Source: a virus
Lineage: Duplodnaviria > Caudoviricetes
Reading direction: 5' to 3' (one strand)
Length of the DNA: 36,066 bases
Virus record (IMG/VR): IMGVR_UViG_3300037483_000233
Coordinates: 1-36,066 of that record
Part shown: positions 8,174 to 15,813 of the stretch, piece after piece
Numbering within the stretch: the first letter of the stretch is position 1
Layout of the letters: every line of letters begins with the position of its first letter
Position numbers and translations under genes: made by a program
Notes under the pieces: model-generated
Told to the model about the DNA's origin: nothing
Database searches by the model: none
Seen by the model: the letters and a program-made list of their open reading frames with translations, nothing else

Positions 8174-8261
8174 CCACAAAGCCGGGTCAGCCCTGGGGTT
8201 CTCCGTCCAAAGATTCCCCCAGGGCTGGCCCTCTCCCAGACGAATCAGGAGTGGACCAATC

Positions 8262-10412
8262 ATGCACGACGCCCAACGTTTCACCAGGGCCGACCTCCAC
8301 AAGGTCGTGCCGATACGCAAGGACCAGTTGCCGCCCGAGGTGGCCGCCCAGGTCGAGGAGCCTGACGACCCGTCGCTCGAGCTGGCCGTCTTCGAGGACG
8401 CGCCGATCGAGGGTGAGATCGTCGACAGCCCGGACAGGCCGGCCGTCGGGTGGATGGCCGAACGGCAGACGTACATGGCCACGGCCCCGGCGGTAATCGC
8501 CCCCTACCTGCGGAACCGCCTCGAGCTGGTCGCCTCGACGAAGTTCGTGCTGCGCTACTACACCCACAAGGCGGCGTTCCACACGGTCCGTGCGCCTCTG
8601 TACTGGGGGCGTCTGGCCGCGCAGTCTCCGAGAGGTGTGGCTCGCCTGTCCCGTAGGTGGGTCCGGTGGGTGACCGACGCCGAGGCCCGCCCTGTGGTCG
8701 CCTCGGCCGCGGGCGGCAAGGACGGCGACGCCTGGACGCGGGTGGCGAACCTGCAATCCCAGCGGACGAGCAAGCGCTGGAAGAAGACCGGATACGTGGG
8801 CATCCCCGCCGCCGTGCTCATCACCCTCGCGGCCGTGTTCTTGCCGGGGTGGCAGCTGCTCGTCGTCAGCGCGGCCGTGGCCACACTGCTCGGCCTGGCC
8901 GGTGGGAACGCAGACCGCCCGGTCGTCAAGCGGTACGTGTCCGTTCACCTGCAGCGCCGCCTTGAATCGCCTGAGGTCGAAGACGCCATTGCGGCCATCG
9001 GCATCAAGGGCAAGGTCAGCTTCGTCTCGCCGATCGCTGTCGACGGTCCGGGCTGGCGCGCAGAGATCGACCTGCCGGGGGCGTACGAGGCTGATGAGGT
9101 GATGGAGAACCGGTCTGGACTCGCCGCCGCGATGCGTCGCCCGCTGTCGACGGTGTGGCCGGAACCTGACCGTGACGCCCATCCGGGCCGCCTGATCCTG
9201 TGGGTTGCCAGAGAGGACCCGGCGAAGGCGAAGCGCCGCCTGTGGCCGCTGCTCAAGGAGGGTCGAGCCGACCTGTTCGACCCGATCCCGTTCGGGTTCG
9301 ATCCGCGCGGACGTCTCGTCACCGTGCCGCTCATGAGCGCAAACATGCTCATCGGCGGGATCATGGGCTCGGGCAAGACCTCGGCGATCCTCACGATCGC
9401 GCTGACCGGGGCCCTCGACCCGACGGCCGAACTGTGGATCTACGAGCTCAAGGGGTCGGGCGACCTCGACGCCATCAAGCCGGTATGCCACCGGTACGTG
9501 TCCGGCGACGACGACGAGGACTGTCAGGCCGCCCTCGACTCACTCAAGGCGCTCGAGCGGGAGATGAAGCGCCGCAAGGCCCTGATCAAGGGCCTGGACA
9601 GGAAGTTCTTCCCGAACGGCCGGAAGGTGTCCAAGGAGCTGGCCGCCATGCCTGACCTGGGGCTTCACCCACTGCTCGCCGTATACGACGAATGTCACAC
9701 CCTCTTTGAGAGTGAATACGGCAAGGAGGCGGCCGTGGTCGCGGGCCGGCTGATCCGCAAGGCACGCGCCTACGGCATCCTGCTCGTCTTCACCACCCAG
9801 CGCCCGGACGCGAAGTCGATCCCGCGCGTCATCACCGACAACGCGCTGATCCGCTTCTGCCTGGCCGTGACCGGGCACATCCCCAACGACCTCATCATGG
9901 GCACCGGCGCTTACAAGCGCGGGATCCGGGCGACCATCTTCAACCCGCAGACCGAGCCCGGGGCCGGTCAGCTCGGCACCGGCGGCCTAGGCGCCCAGGT
10001 GGCCCGTGCCGCGTTCATCAAACAGGAGGAGGCGTACGACGTCGCTGCCCGCGCGCTGGCCATGCGCACCGCACTGGGCACTCTGACGGGTGAGGCCGCA
10101 GGGGAGACGATCGTGGACATCGAAGAGTCGAACATCGTGGACCAGGTCCTCACCGTCTGGGAGGACGGGGCCGAAGCCATGCACTCCCACAAGCTGATCG
10201 ACCTGCTCGCCGAGAAGTGGCCGATGGCTTACGGGAACCTCCTGACGATGGAGAAGGCCGCCGCATCAACCGCACTCTCCGGGATGCTCAAGGGTGCCAA
10301 GATCGCAACGAAGGCCGTCAACATCCGGGGCTGCTGCGGTTCGGCGAGAGGCATCCACGCGTCGGATCTGCCCGCCGCATACGAGCCTGAGGAGGACGAC
10401 GAGGACGTGTAA
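8262..10412 (+). CDS. FtsK/SpoIIIE-family conjugative DNA translocase (TraB/TraSA-like)
   Basis: TM pair near aa 180-215, Walker A GGIMGSGKT, Walker B LAVYDECH, TTQRP motif, C-terminal winged-helix-like region. AGGAG RBS. Confidence 0.9.
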   Translation: MHDAQRFTRADLHKVVPIRKDQLPPEVAAQVEEPDDPSLELAVFEDAPIEGEIVDSPDRPAVGWMAERQTYMATAPAVIAPYLRNRLELVASTKFVLRYYTHKAAFHTVRAPLYWGRLAAQSPRGVARLSRRWVRWVTDAEARPVVASAAGGKDGDAWTRVANLQSQRTSKRWKKTGYVGIPAAVLITLAAVFLPGWQLLVVSAAVATLLGLAGGNADRPVVKRYVSVHLQRRLESPEVEDAIAAIGIKGKVSFVSPIAVDGPGWRAEIDLPGAYEADEVMENRSGLAAAMRRPLSTVWPEPDRDAHPGRLILWVAREDPAKAKRRLWPLLKEGRADLFDPIPFGFDPRGRLVTVPLMSANMLIGGIMGSGKTSAILTIALTGALDPTAELWIYELKGSGDLDAIKPVCHRYVSGDDDEDCQAALDSLKALEREMKRRKALIKGLDRKFFPNGRKVSKELAAMPDLGLHPLLAVYDECHTLFESEYGKEAAVVAGRLIRKARAYGILLVFTTQRPDAKSIPRVITDNALIRFCLAVTGHIPNDLIMGTGAYKRGIRATIFNPQTEPGAGQLGTGGLGAQVARAAFIKQEEAYDVAARALAMRTALGTLTGEAAGETIVDIEESNIVDQVLTVWEDGAEAMHSHKLIDLLAEKWPMAYGNLLTMEKAAASTALSGMLKGAKIATKAVNIRGCCGSARGIHASDLPAAYEPEEDDEDV

Positions 10413-10414
10413 CC

Positions 10415-10532
10415 GGTGGCACCTAGGGCGAAACCGGTTTCGCCCCTGGTGCCGCCTAAAAGGCCCTCTGACCTGGGAAGGTTTCGGTTTCGGCCCGCAG
10501 TGTGGATCCGTGGAAACGGCCCGTACTGCGGG
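10415..10532. repeat. Long palindrome, GGTTTCG repeats and GNRA hairpin downstream of the TraB-like gene (candidate clt and/or terminator)
   Basis: 21+21-bp imperfect palindrome at 10415-10456. GGTTTCG at 10436, 10480, 10486 and inverted at 10429. Hairpin at 10494-10532 with a GGAA loop. Confidence 0.55.
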
Positions 10533-10575
10533 TCTTGCCGTGTCTGCGGCCGGAGCTGACACCAGTCCTGTCGCT

Positions 10576-10854
10576 CTACCGGCCCCGCCGCCTGCGACGC
10601 TCGGGTGGCCTCGCTGGGCGTGCGGTCATCTGGATGATCTGCTTGATGTTGTCGAGGCTGAACATCAGGTAGCGGCCGGACTTCGTTGAGGGGATTTCAC
10701 GGCGGCCGGCCTTGCGGCGCAGCGTGGTCTCGTTCCAGCCCAGCCGTTGCGCGGTCTCGGTCGGGCTGTAGAGGCGGAGATCGTCCTGAGCGGGGTCAGC
10801 GACCGTGCTCTTGCGGAGCTCTTCGTGGTGACCGGAGTCCTCATGGCCAGACAT
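10576..10854 (-). CDS. Second excisionase-like HTH protein
   Basis: LYSPTETAQRLGWNETTLRRKAGRREIPSTKSGRYLMFS, with AAGGGAG RBS. Confidence 0.75.
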   Translation of the reverse strand: MSGHEDSGHHEELRKSTVADPAQDDLRLYSPTETAQRLGWNETTLRRKAGRREIPSTKSGRYLMFSLDNIKQIIQMTARPARPPERRRRRGR

Positions 10855-11039
10855 CGCTGTCTCCCTTCTGCTGCCTGGCCCCGAGGGGTTCAGCGAGTGG
10901 GCTGCGCCGTCGAGGTCATGACTGCCCTTCTAGGGTCGCCAGAAAGCACGCTGATCACAATGAGTGTTCATCTGTTCACTCGGGTAGTAGATGTGTGGAC
11001 CCCTTCAGCGTCAACGAACGTTCAAGGAGGAGACCCGGC

Positions 11040-11330
11040 ATGCCCCATCAACCGTCGAGCGAATGCCCTCGCACCGCACCTCACTGCATCCTGAAAGACA
11101 GACTTATCTCCGACGAGGTTCGGGCCTGGGTCGGTGACGCCGGCCGACGGGCTGCTGACCGTGCCCCTCGCATCCTGCCCGGCACGGATGTCGCCATCGA
11201 GTTGCAGCGGCTGTTCTCCGACTGGCCCGAGGTCATGCGTCAGGTCCGCGAGGAAGCGGCCGAAGCGGCTCGGAATGGATGCCGTGGGCTCCATCCAGAG
11301 GGCGGTTCGTGCACGGCGACGGAGAGCTAG
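11040..11330 (+). CDS. Hypothetical protein
   Basis: AAGGAGGAG RBS before ATG 11040. No recognised motif. Confidence 0.5.
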   Translation: MPHQPSSECPRTAPHCILKDRLISDEVRAWVGDAGRRAADRAPRILPGTDVAIELQRLFSDWPEVMRQVREEAAEAARNGCRGLHPEGGSCTATES

Positions 11331-11427
11331 TCGGGCCGGAGTTGGCCACAGCCTTGGTTCCAAAGCTTCGGCGGGGCAGGGTGAATTTCGAGCATTCTCG
11401 CGCACACCTACGGCACTGGAGGCGGTC

Positions 11428-11667
11428 ATGTCGCTACGTTTTGTTGGAATCGACCCCGACACCCCCGAGAACGGATCTCCTACGATCTGGGTCGACGAGG
11501 AGACCGGCGAACTCGTCATCCAGGGGTGGAAGGAGATCAGCGAGCGCATGATGGCTGAGATCCTGGCAACGGGTCCGATCCCCGACCACGAGATCGTGCT
11601 GAGGCTTCCTCCGCGCATGATCCCGATCCTGCTGGAGGCATGTGGTGTCGTTCGACGCGACGTTTAA
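11428..11667 (+). CDS. Small conserved protein of DUF6879/XRE cassettes
   Basis: MSLRFVGIDPDTPENGSPTIWVDEETGELVIQGWK pattern, GGAGG RBS. Confidence 0.75.
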   Translation: MSLRFVGIDPDTPENGSPTIWVDEETGELVIQGWKEISERMMAEILATGPIPDHEIVLRLPPRMIPILLEACGVVRRDV

Positions 11668-12157
11668 CGAGCTGCTCGCCGGATGCGAGCGCAGCGCCGT
11701 CCACCTGGAGATGCGCGACTCCTACACGCCGAGCGATCCCGCCCTGCTGGACTGGCTGGCCGGCCGCCGGTTCGATCCTGCGGACCGGTGGAGCGGATGG
11801 CTGGAGAAGATCCGTTCCACCGTTGCCCGCGGGGTAGTCGTCCGGCGGGCCCGGATCGTCAGCGAGCCCGTCAGCGACTACATCCGGTTCGAGCATGACG
11901 TGACCGACGGGCTCAACATCGCCGCCGGTGAGCTTGTCCGGTGGTTGCCTCGCCGCGAGGCGTCCGACCTGGCACTGCCCGGGAACGACTTCTGGGTGTT
12001 CGATGGCCGGGTGCTGGTCTGGAATCACTTCGCGGGAAATGGCGACTGGGTTGGCGAGGAGTCTTCGGACGATCCGGCGGCGGTGAAGCTGTGCGTGTCG
12101 GCGTTCGAGGCCGTCTGGGAGCGCGGTGTGGACCATGCGGAGTACCGGCTCGCCTGA
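11642..12157 (+). CDS. DUF6879-family protein
   Basis: SAVHLEMRDSY, RRARIVSEPVSDYIRFE, GELVRWLPRR and NDFWVFD motifs. Confidence 0.8.
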   Translation: MVSFDATFNELLAGCERSAVHLEMRDSYTPSDPALLDWLAGRRFDPADRWSGWLEKIRSTVARGVVVRRARIVSEPVSDYIRFEHDVTDGLNIAAGELVRWLPRREASDLALPGNDFWVFDGRVLVWNHFAGNGDWVGEESSDDPAAVKLCVSAFEAVWERGVDHAEYRLA

Positions 12158-12178
12158 TTCCCTGTTATCTCTAAGCTC

Positions 12179-13150
12179 GTGGCTCACACTCCGCCGTCAG
12201 CGTCCGCCGTGCAGCAAGCCCGGCAGGCGCTCGCCGATCGCCTTCGTGAGATCAGGGTTGATGCCGGCCACTCCGCCAAGTCGCTCGCGTTGGCGGCGGG
12301 GTGGCACAACGGCACGAAGGTCTCGAAGATCGAGCATGCGAAGCAGACGCCGACAGTCGCGGACATCGGCGTCTGGTGTGAGCTGTGCGGGGTGGCGGAC
12401 CAAGGCCCTGAACTGGTCGCGTCGTTGCGTGCGGTCCAGGGCATGTTCATCGAGTGGCGTCGGATGGAACGCACTGGCCTCAAGCTCGCCCAGGAGTCGG
12501 TACGGGCCAAGTGGGAGCGGACCCGTCACTTCCGCGCGTACTCGCCATCCCTGATCCCAGGCGTACTCCAGACGAGGGCCTACACAGAAGCGGTCCTGAA
12601 CGCCGTGATGATCCGGCGGGGACTGCCGGATGACGTAGCCGACGCGGTCGCTGTCCGCATGGAACGTCAGCACGTGCTCTACGAAGGCGATCACCGGTTT
12701 GCGATCCTCATTGAGGAATCGGCGCTACGCGCGGGGGTGGGCGGATCTGAGGTGATGGCTGGTCAGCTCGACCATCTGATCACCTGTTCGTCCCTGCCCT
12801 CTGTGTCGCTCGGCGTGATCCCGCCTCGGAGTGACCGCAGGACATGGCCTGTGGAAGGCTTCTGGATCTTCGACGAGGAACAGGTGAACGTCGAGCTCGT
12901 CTCTGGCTATCTCACCGTGACGCAGCCGCATGAGATCGAGCTCTACACCCAGTCGTTCGCGGAGCTGTGGGATCTGGCGCTCACTGGCACACCTGCCCGG
13001 CAGCTGATCATGAACGCTGTCGGCGACCTACGCTTATTTCGAGCATTCTCAAGCATTCCTCTCGCCTCTGAAGCACGTGGCTACCTAGCGTCGGTCGTGA
13101 CCGGATCGGCGTACGGAGATGGGGCTGCGGAGTGGTGCACGCGGATGTGA
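12179..13150 (+). CDS. XRE HTH plus DUF5753 transcriptional regulator (core about 285 aa, then an extension after a TTA codon)
   Basis: LADRLREIR...KVSKIEH HTH, then IPGVLQTRAY, IEESAL, GQLDHL and LGVIP motifs. Confidence 0.85.
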   Translation: MAHTPPSASAVQQARQALADRLREIRVDAGHSAKSLALAAGWHNGTKVSKIEHAKQTPTVADIGVWCELCGVADQGPELVASLRAVQGMFIEWRRMERTGLKLAQESVRAKWERTRHFRAYSPSLIPGVLQTRAYTEAVLNAVMIRRGLPDDVADAVAVRMERQHVLYEGDHRFAILIEESALRAGVGGSEVMAGQLDHLITCSSLPSVSLGVIPPRSDRRTWPVEGFWIFDEEQVNVELVSGYLTVTQPHEIELYTQSFAELWDLALTGTPARQLIMNAVGDLRLFRAFSSIPLASEARGYLASVVTGSAYGDGAAEWCTRM

Positions 13151-13347
13151 ACGAGGATCTACAGGACGCGCACCCGGACTGGAGGTTGTGGCGATCTCGC
13201 CGTGGTTCGTGGATGGCGACGAGGCTGAACGCCCTGAGCGATGCGGAAATCTTCGCGGGGATGGCAAGCACCCTCATGGAGGCCACGGCTGATGATCTGG
13301 TCGAGCGGCTCGTCGAGCAGCAGCGCATCGCGGATGTTGCGGCATGA
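13132..13347 (+). CDS. Hypothetical protein (start may be GTG 13147)
   Basis: HPDWRLWRSRRGSWMATR...TLMEATADDLVERL. ATGA overlap with the next gene. Confidence 0.65.
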   Translation: MVHADVNEDLQDAHPDWRLWRSRRGSWMATRLNALSDAEIFAGMASTLMEATADDLVERLVEQQRIADVAA

Positions 13348-13661
13348 CCGGCGTCGAGGATGATCCGCGCCGTGCCGCGATCTGGCAGCTACAGCAGACC
13401 CTCGGACCTGAGCTGATCTCGGAGATCGCCGTGTCCGAACCGGCCCTGGTCGTCGCCGGGAACCCGGAGGAGGGCACCCGGACACTCACGGTGCGGTGTG
13501 ACCCCCGCGAGGAAGACGGCGACCGGCTTTGGTTCTGGTTTGCCGGTGCCCCTGGCTGGCCCGAGGAGTACGGTCCGAGGCCGCTGATGGAGGCCCGCCG
13601 CCTGGCCGACGCCGTGGTCCGCATTTACGGCGAACGCCAGATCCGGAATGACGACGAATGA
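13344..13661 (+). CDS. Hypothetical protein
   Basis: Coupled ORF in the plus-strand accessory run with GC3-rich codons. Confidence 0.6.
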   Translation: MTGVEDDPRRAAIWQLQQTLGPELISEIAVSEPALVVAGNPEEGTRTLTVRCDPREEDGDRLWFWFAGAPGWPEEYGPRPLMEARRLADAVVRIYGERQIRNDDE

Positions 13662-13905
13662 GCTGGATCTCCGGCCAGTCCTACAACGGCCCGTACCCGG
13701 CTGTAGACCACGAGCAGGAGGAAGCCCCCGCCGCTCCTGCGACCACGGGGAGGGAGGGGGCCGCAGCCACACCCGACTGCGGCCCCCGCACACCATGGAC
13801 CTGATCATTGGACTGGGCATGATGGCGACCGGGATAGGGCTGCTGCTCGTCGCGGCGGTCACCTGGCCGCGGCAGCCCAGGCGTCGCGGGGTGAGGCGCC
13901 GGTGA
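13648..13905 (+). CDS. Hypothetical membrane protein (single C-terminal TM), start uncertain
   Basis: LIIGLGMMATGIGLLLVAAVTW followed by a basic tail. GTGA overlap with the next gene. Confidence 0.45.
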   Translation: MTTNELDLRPVLQRPVPGCRPRAGGSPRRSCDHGEGGGRSHTRLRPPHTMDLIIGLGMMATGIGLLLVAAVTWPRQPRRRGVRRR

Positions 13906-14087
13906 CCGAACAGTCGAAGCCGATCGAGTACTACTGCGAGCTCTGCGAGTGTGACCTGGTTTTCCATTCCACGACGGCATTCGGGCCGATCCACGTGCAC
14001 GCCCACAACGGGGCTGTGGCGTGCGTGTGGCCCGCCCCGAACTGGTCGCTGTACGGGACGAACGCCAAGCCGGTGAGACGCATCTAG
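13902..14087 (+). CDS. Small Cys/His-rich hypothetical protein
   Basis: YCELCEC...HVHAH...C. Confidence 0.5.
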   Translation: MTEQSKPIEYYCELCECDLVFHSTTAFGPIHVHAHNGAVACVWPAPNWSLYGTNAKPVRRI

Positions 14088-14089
14088 GC

Positions 14090-14131
14090 CTCCCGGACCA
14101 GGCGGCGCGCGATCTGGTCCGGGGGCTCTTT
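14090..14131. terminator. Hairpin terminator between the convergent accessory and lysis genes
   Basis: CTCCCGGACCAG/CTGGTCCGGGGG stem followed by CTCTTT. Confidence 0.65.
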
Positions 14132-14132
14132 G

Positions 14133-14864
14133 TCAGGCAGGCTTCGCAGCGAGCAGAGCCTTGATCTCCGCCAGGTCCGCACGGAGCGCCGCGAGTTCCA
14201 CCGCGTTCTTCTCGCCGAGGATCCGAGCGCGCTTCGCCTCGCCGAACGACCCGATCATGACGAAGCTTGCCGGGTACGAGGTGGCAGTGAAGTCCTTGTC
14301 GTAGGTCCCGCCCACGGGGATCTTCGTGTCGAGCTGCATGTCGTCCTCCATCTCTTCCCGGACCAGGCCGAGAAAGTCATCCCAGGGGAAACCGGATCCG
14401 GGATCCCCGTGGTCACTGCGCTTGAAGGCGTTGCTGACGTCCACGTGACCGCAGATCCCGCGCTTGCCCGCCTTCAAGTCGGCGACGGACAGCCGCACCA
14501 GCGGCACCTTGTGGATGGCCGCCAACTGCCGGACGAGACCCGCCGCACGGGCGAGCATCTCCACATGTGCGGCATCCTCCCAGCGGGACGCGGGACCGGC
14601 CTGCGGGTCGCACAGCTCGACGCCGAGAGTGTCGGTGTTCGGGGGCGCGTGGTAGGCGACCGTGTCGTCCTTGACGCACTGGACGATCTCGCTGGGGTCG
14701 ACGACGTAGTGAGCGGATCCGCCGGCCTCCTTCGACTGGAAGTAGCGGGCGACGTTCCGCGCGCCGCCACGGACGCACGGGCTCACGGTCGCGTGGATCA
14801 CGATGCGGTTCACGCGGTCCTGGTCGTCGCCCTGCAGCCGGGCCGGTATGTAGGCGTAGGCCAT
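14133..14864 (-). CDS. Endolysin, N-acetylmuramoyl-L-alanine amidase (Amidase_2)
   Basis: IVIHAT, SAHYVVD, AYHA..N..LGVELC, ICGH.DV and DHGDPG motifs. Confidence 0.92.
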   Translation of the reverse strand: MAYAYIPARLQGDDQDRVNRIVIHATVSPCVRGGARNVARYFQSKEAGGSAHYVVDPSEIVQCVKDDTVAYHAPPNTDTLGVELCDPQAGPASRWEDAAHVEMLARAAGLVRQLAAIHKVPLVRLSVADLKAGKRGICGHVDVSNAFKRSDHGDPGSGFPWDDFLGLVREEMEDDMQLDTKIPVGGTYDKDFTATSYPASFVMIGSFGEAKRARILGEKNAVELAALRADLAEIKALLAAKPA

Positions 14865-14873
14865 GAGGTCCCC

Positions 14874-15194
14874 TCAATTCGCGACGGAAATGATAATGGT
14901 GATCCCGGTCCCGACCAGGAACGTGACCACGGTCGAGATCAGGGCGAGGATCGTGATGGTCTTCTTCGATCGCTCGTCGAGTTGCATGCGGGTGACCTGG
15001 TCGCGCTCAACGGCGTCGAGGCGGGCGTCCATCCGCTTTATCTCCGTGGCCTGGTCGTCGACCCGCTTGTCGACCGAGTCGAGGCGCTGGAGGACTAGCC
15101 GCACATCCCCCTTGATCTCGGTGAGGGGGATCATCAGCTCTGCCTTCACGATGGCGAGCTGATGATCCTGGGCTGGATGGCTTGACGTGGTCAT
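14874..15194 (-). CDS. Holin-like / XhlA-like coiled-coil protein with a C-terminal TM
   Basis: Coiled coil followed by TITILALISTVVTFLVGTGITIII. Directly upstream of the endolysin. Start 15194. Confidence 0.6.
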   Translation of the reverse strand: MTTSSHPAQDHQLAIVKAELMIPLTEIKGDVRLVLQRLDSVDKRVDDQATEIKRMDARLDAVERDQVTRMQLDERSKKTITILALISTVVTFLVGTGITIIISVAN

Positions 15195-15199
15195 GTCGG

Positions 15200-15799
15200 T
15201 CAGCCGACAAGCTTCTGGGCGATGAAGCCCTTGCACAGGAAGATGTTGCTGGCGCTGGCCGCACTCCAGGTGACGGTCAGCGAGGCGTAGTTGGCCGCGG
15301 TCGTGTCGATCGTGGTCGAAGCCGTGCCGTCCATGACCGTGGTGATCTCCGCCGCGTCGTTGATGAAGGGGGCGGTGCCGGCCAAGATGCCCGCCGTCTT
15401 GACCTTCATGGGTCCGTTGACCGTTCCTGCCACCCCAACCGCCTCGCAGCACAGGTCGAACTCGGCAATCCACAGCCGGTTGGTAACGCCCGACTGGGCG
15501 GTGAGCGCCCCGGTCTGGGCCTGCTGGGTGTTGGCGGATGCAGTGGCGCTGGCCCCGACTCTCAGCTTGACGTTCAGCGTCGGGGTTCCGGTGACCGCCC
15601 ACGCCCCCCACGCCTTGAGCCGCCAGCACGTACCGACCTCTGCCTCGTTCGCGGGGATGGTCAGCTCGGCGAACTCGGTCTCGGTGGTCGTGTTCGTGAC
15701 CGAGGTGGAGAACGAGGGAACGACGAGGTGCCCGACCTCCATTGCCTGGAGCTTGGTGCCGGTGATGCTGTCGCCCGCGTTCCAGTCGACTGCTGCCAT
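15200..15799 (-). CDS. Minor tail / tail fibre protein
   Basis: N-terminal WNAGDSITGTKLQ motif typical of actinophage fibres. Beta-rich. AAGGAAGAA RBS. Confidence 0.7.
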   Translation of the reverse strand: MAAVDWNAGDSITGTKLQAMEVGHLVVPSFSTSVTNTTTETEFAELTIPANEAEVGTCWRLKAWGAWAVTGTPTLNVKLRVGASATASANTQQAQTGALTAQSGVTNRLWIAEFDLCCEAVGVAGTVNGPMKVKTAGILAGTAPFINDAAEITTVMDGTASTTIDTTAANYASLTVTWSAASASNIFLCKGFIAQKLVG

Positions 15800-15813
15800 G
15801 GGTTCTTCCTTCC

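Larger units (their letters stand above)
11385..13050 (+). repeat. 15-bp exact direct repeat bracketing the DUF6879/XRE cassette
   Basis: ATTTCGAGCATTCTC at 11385-11399 and 13036-13050. Confidence 0.85.

Noticed and set aside
7106-9491. 458-aa and 434-aa minus-strand ORFs
   Set aside because: Antisense shadows of the DUF2637 and TraB-like genes.
8262-10412. Host chromosomal FtsK or type VII secretion EccC
   Set aside because: Single ATPase domain in a Spd/DUF2637 operon next to attP, with no host or ESX gene context.
11010-11025. LexA SOS box at GAACGTTC
   Set aside because: Lacks the 4-nt spacer of the actinobacterial TCGAAC-N4-GTTCGA consensus.
6683-14087. Rolling-circle Rep (RepSA/RepAM) or relaxase/T4SS genes
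   Set aside because: No such motifs recognised. Replication appears to rely on Prim-Pol and transfer on TraB, though genes outside the window cannot be excluded.
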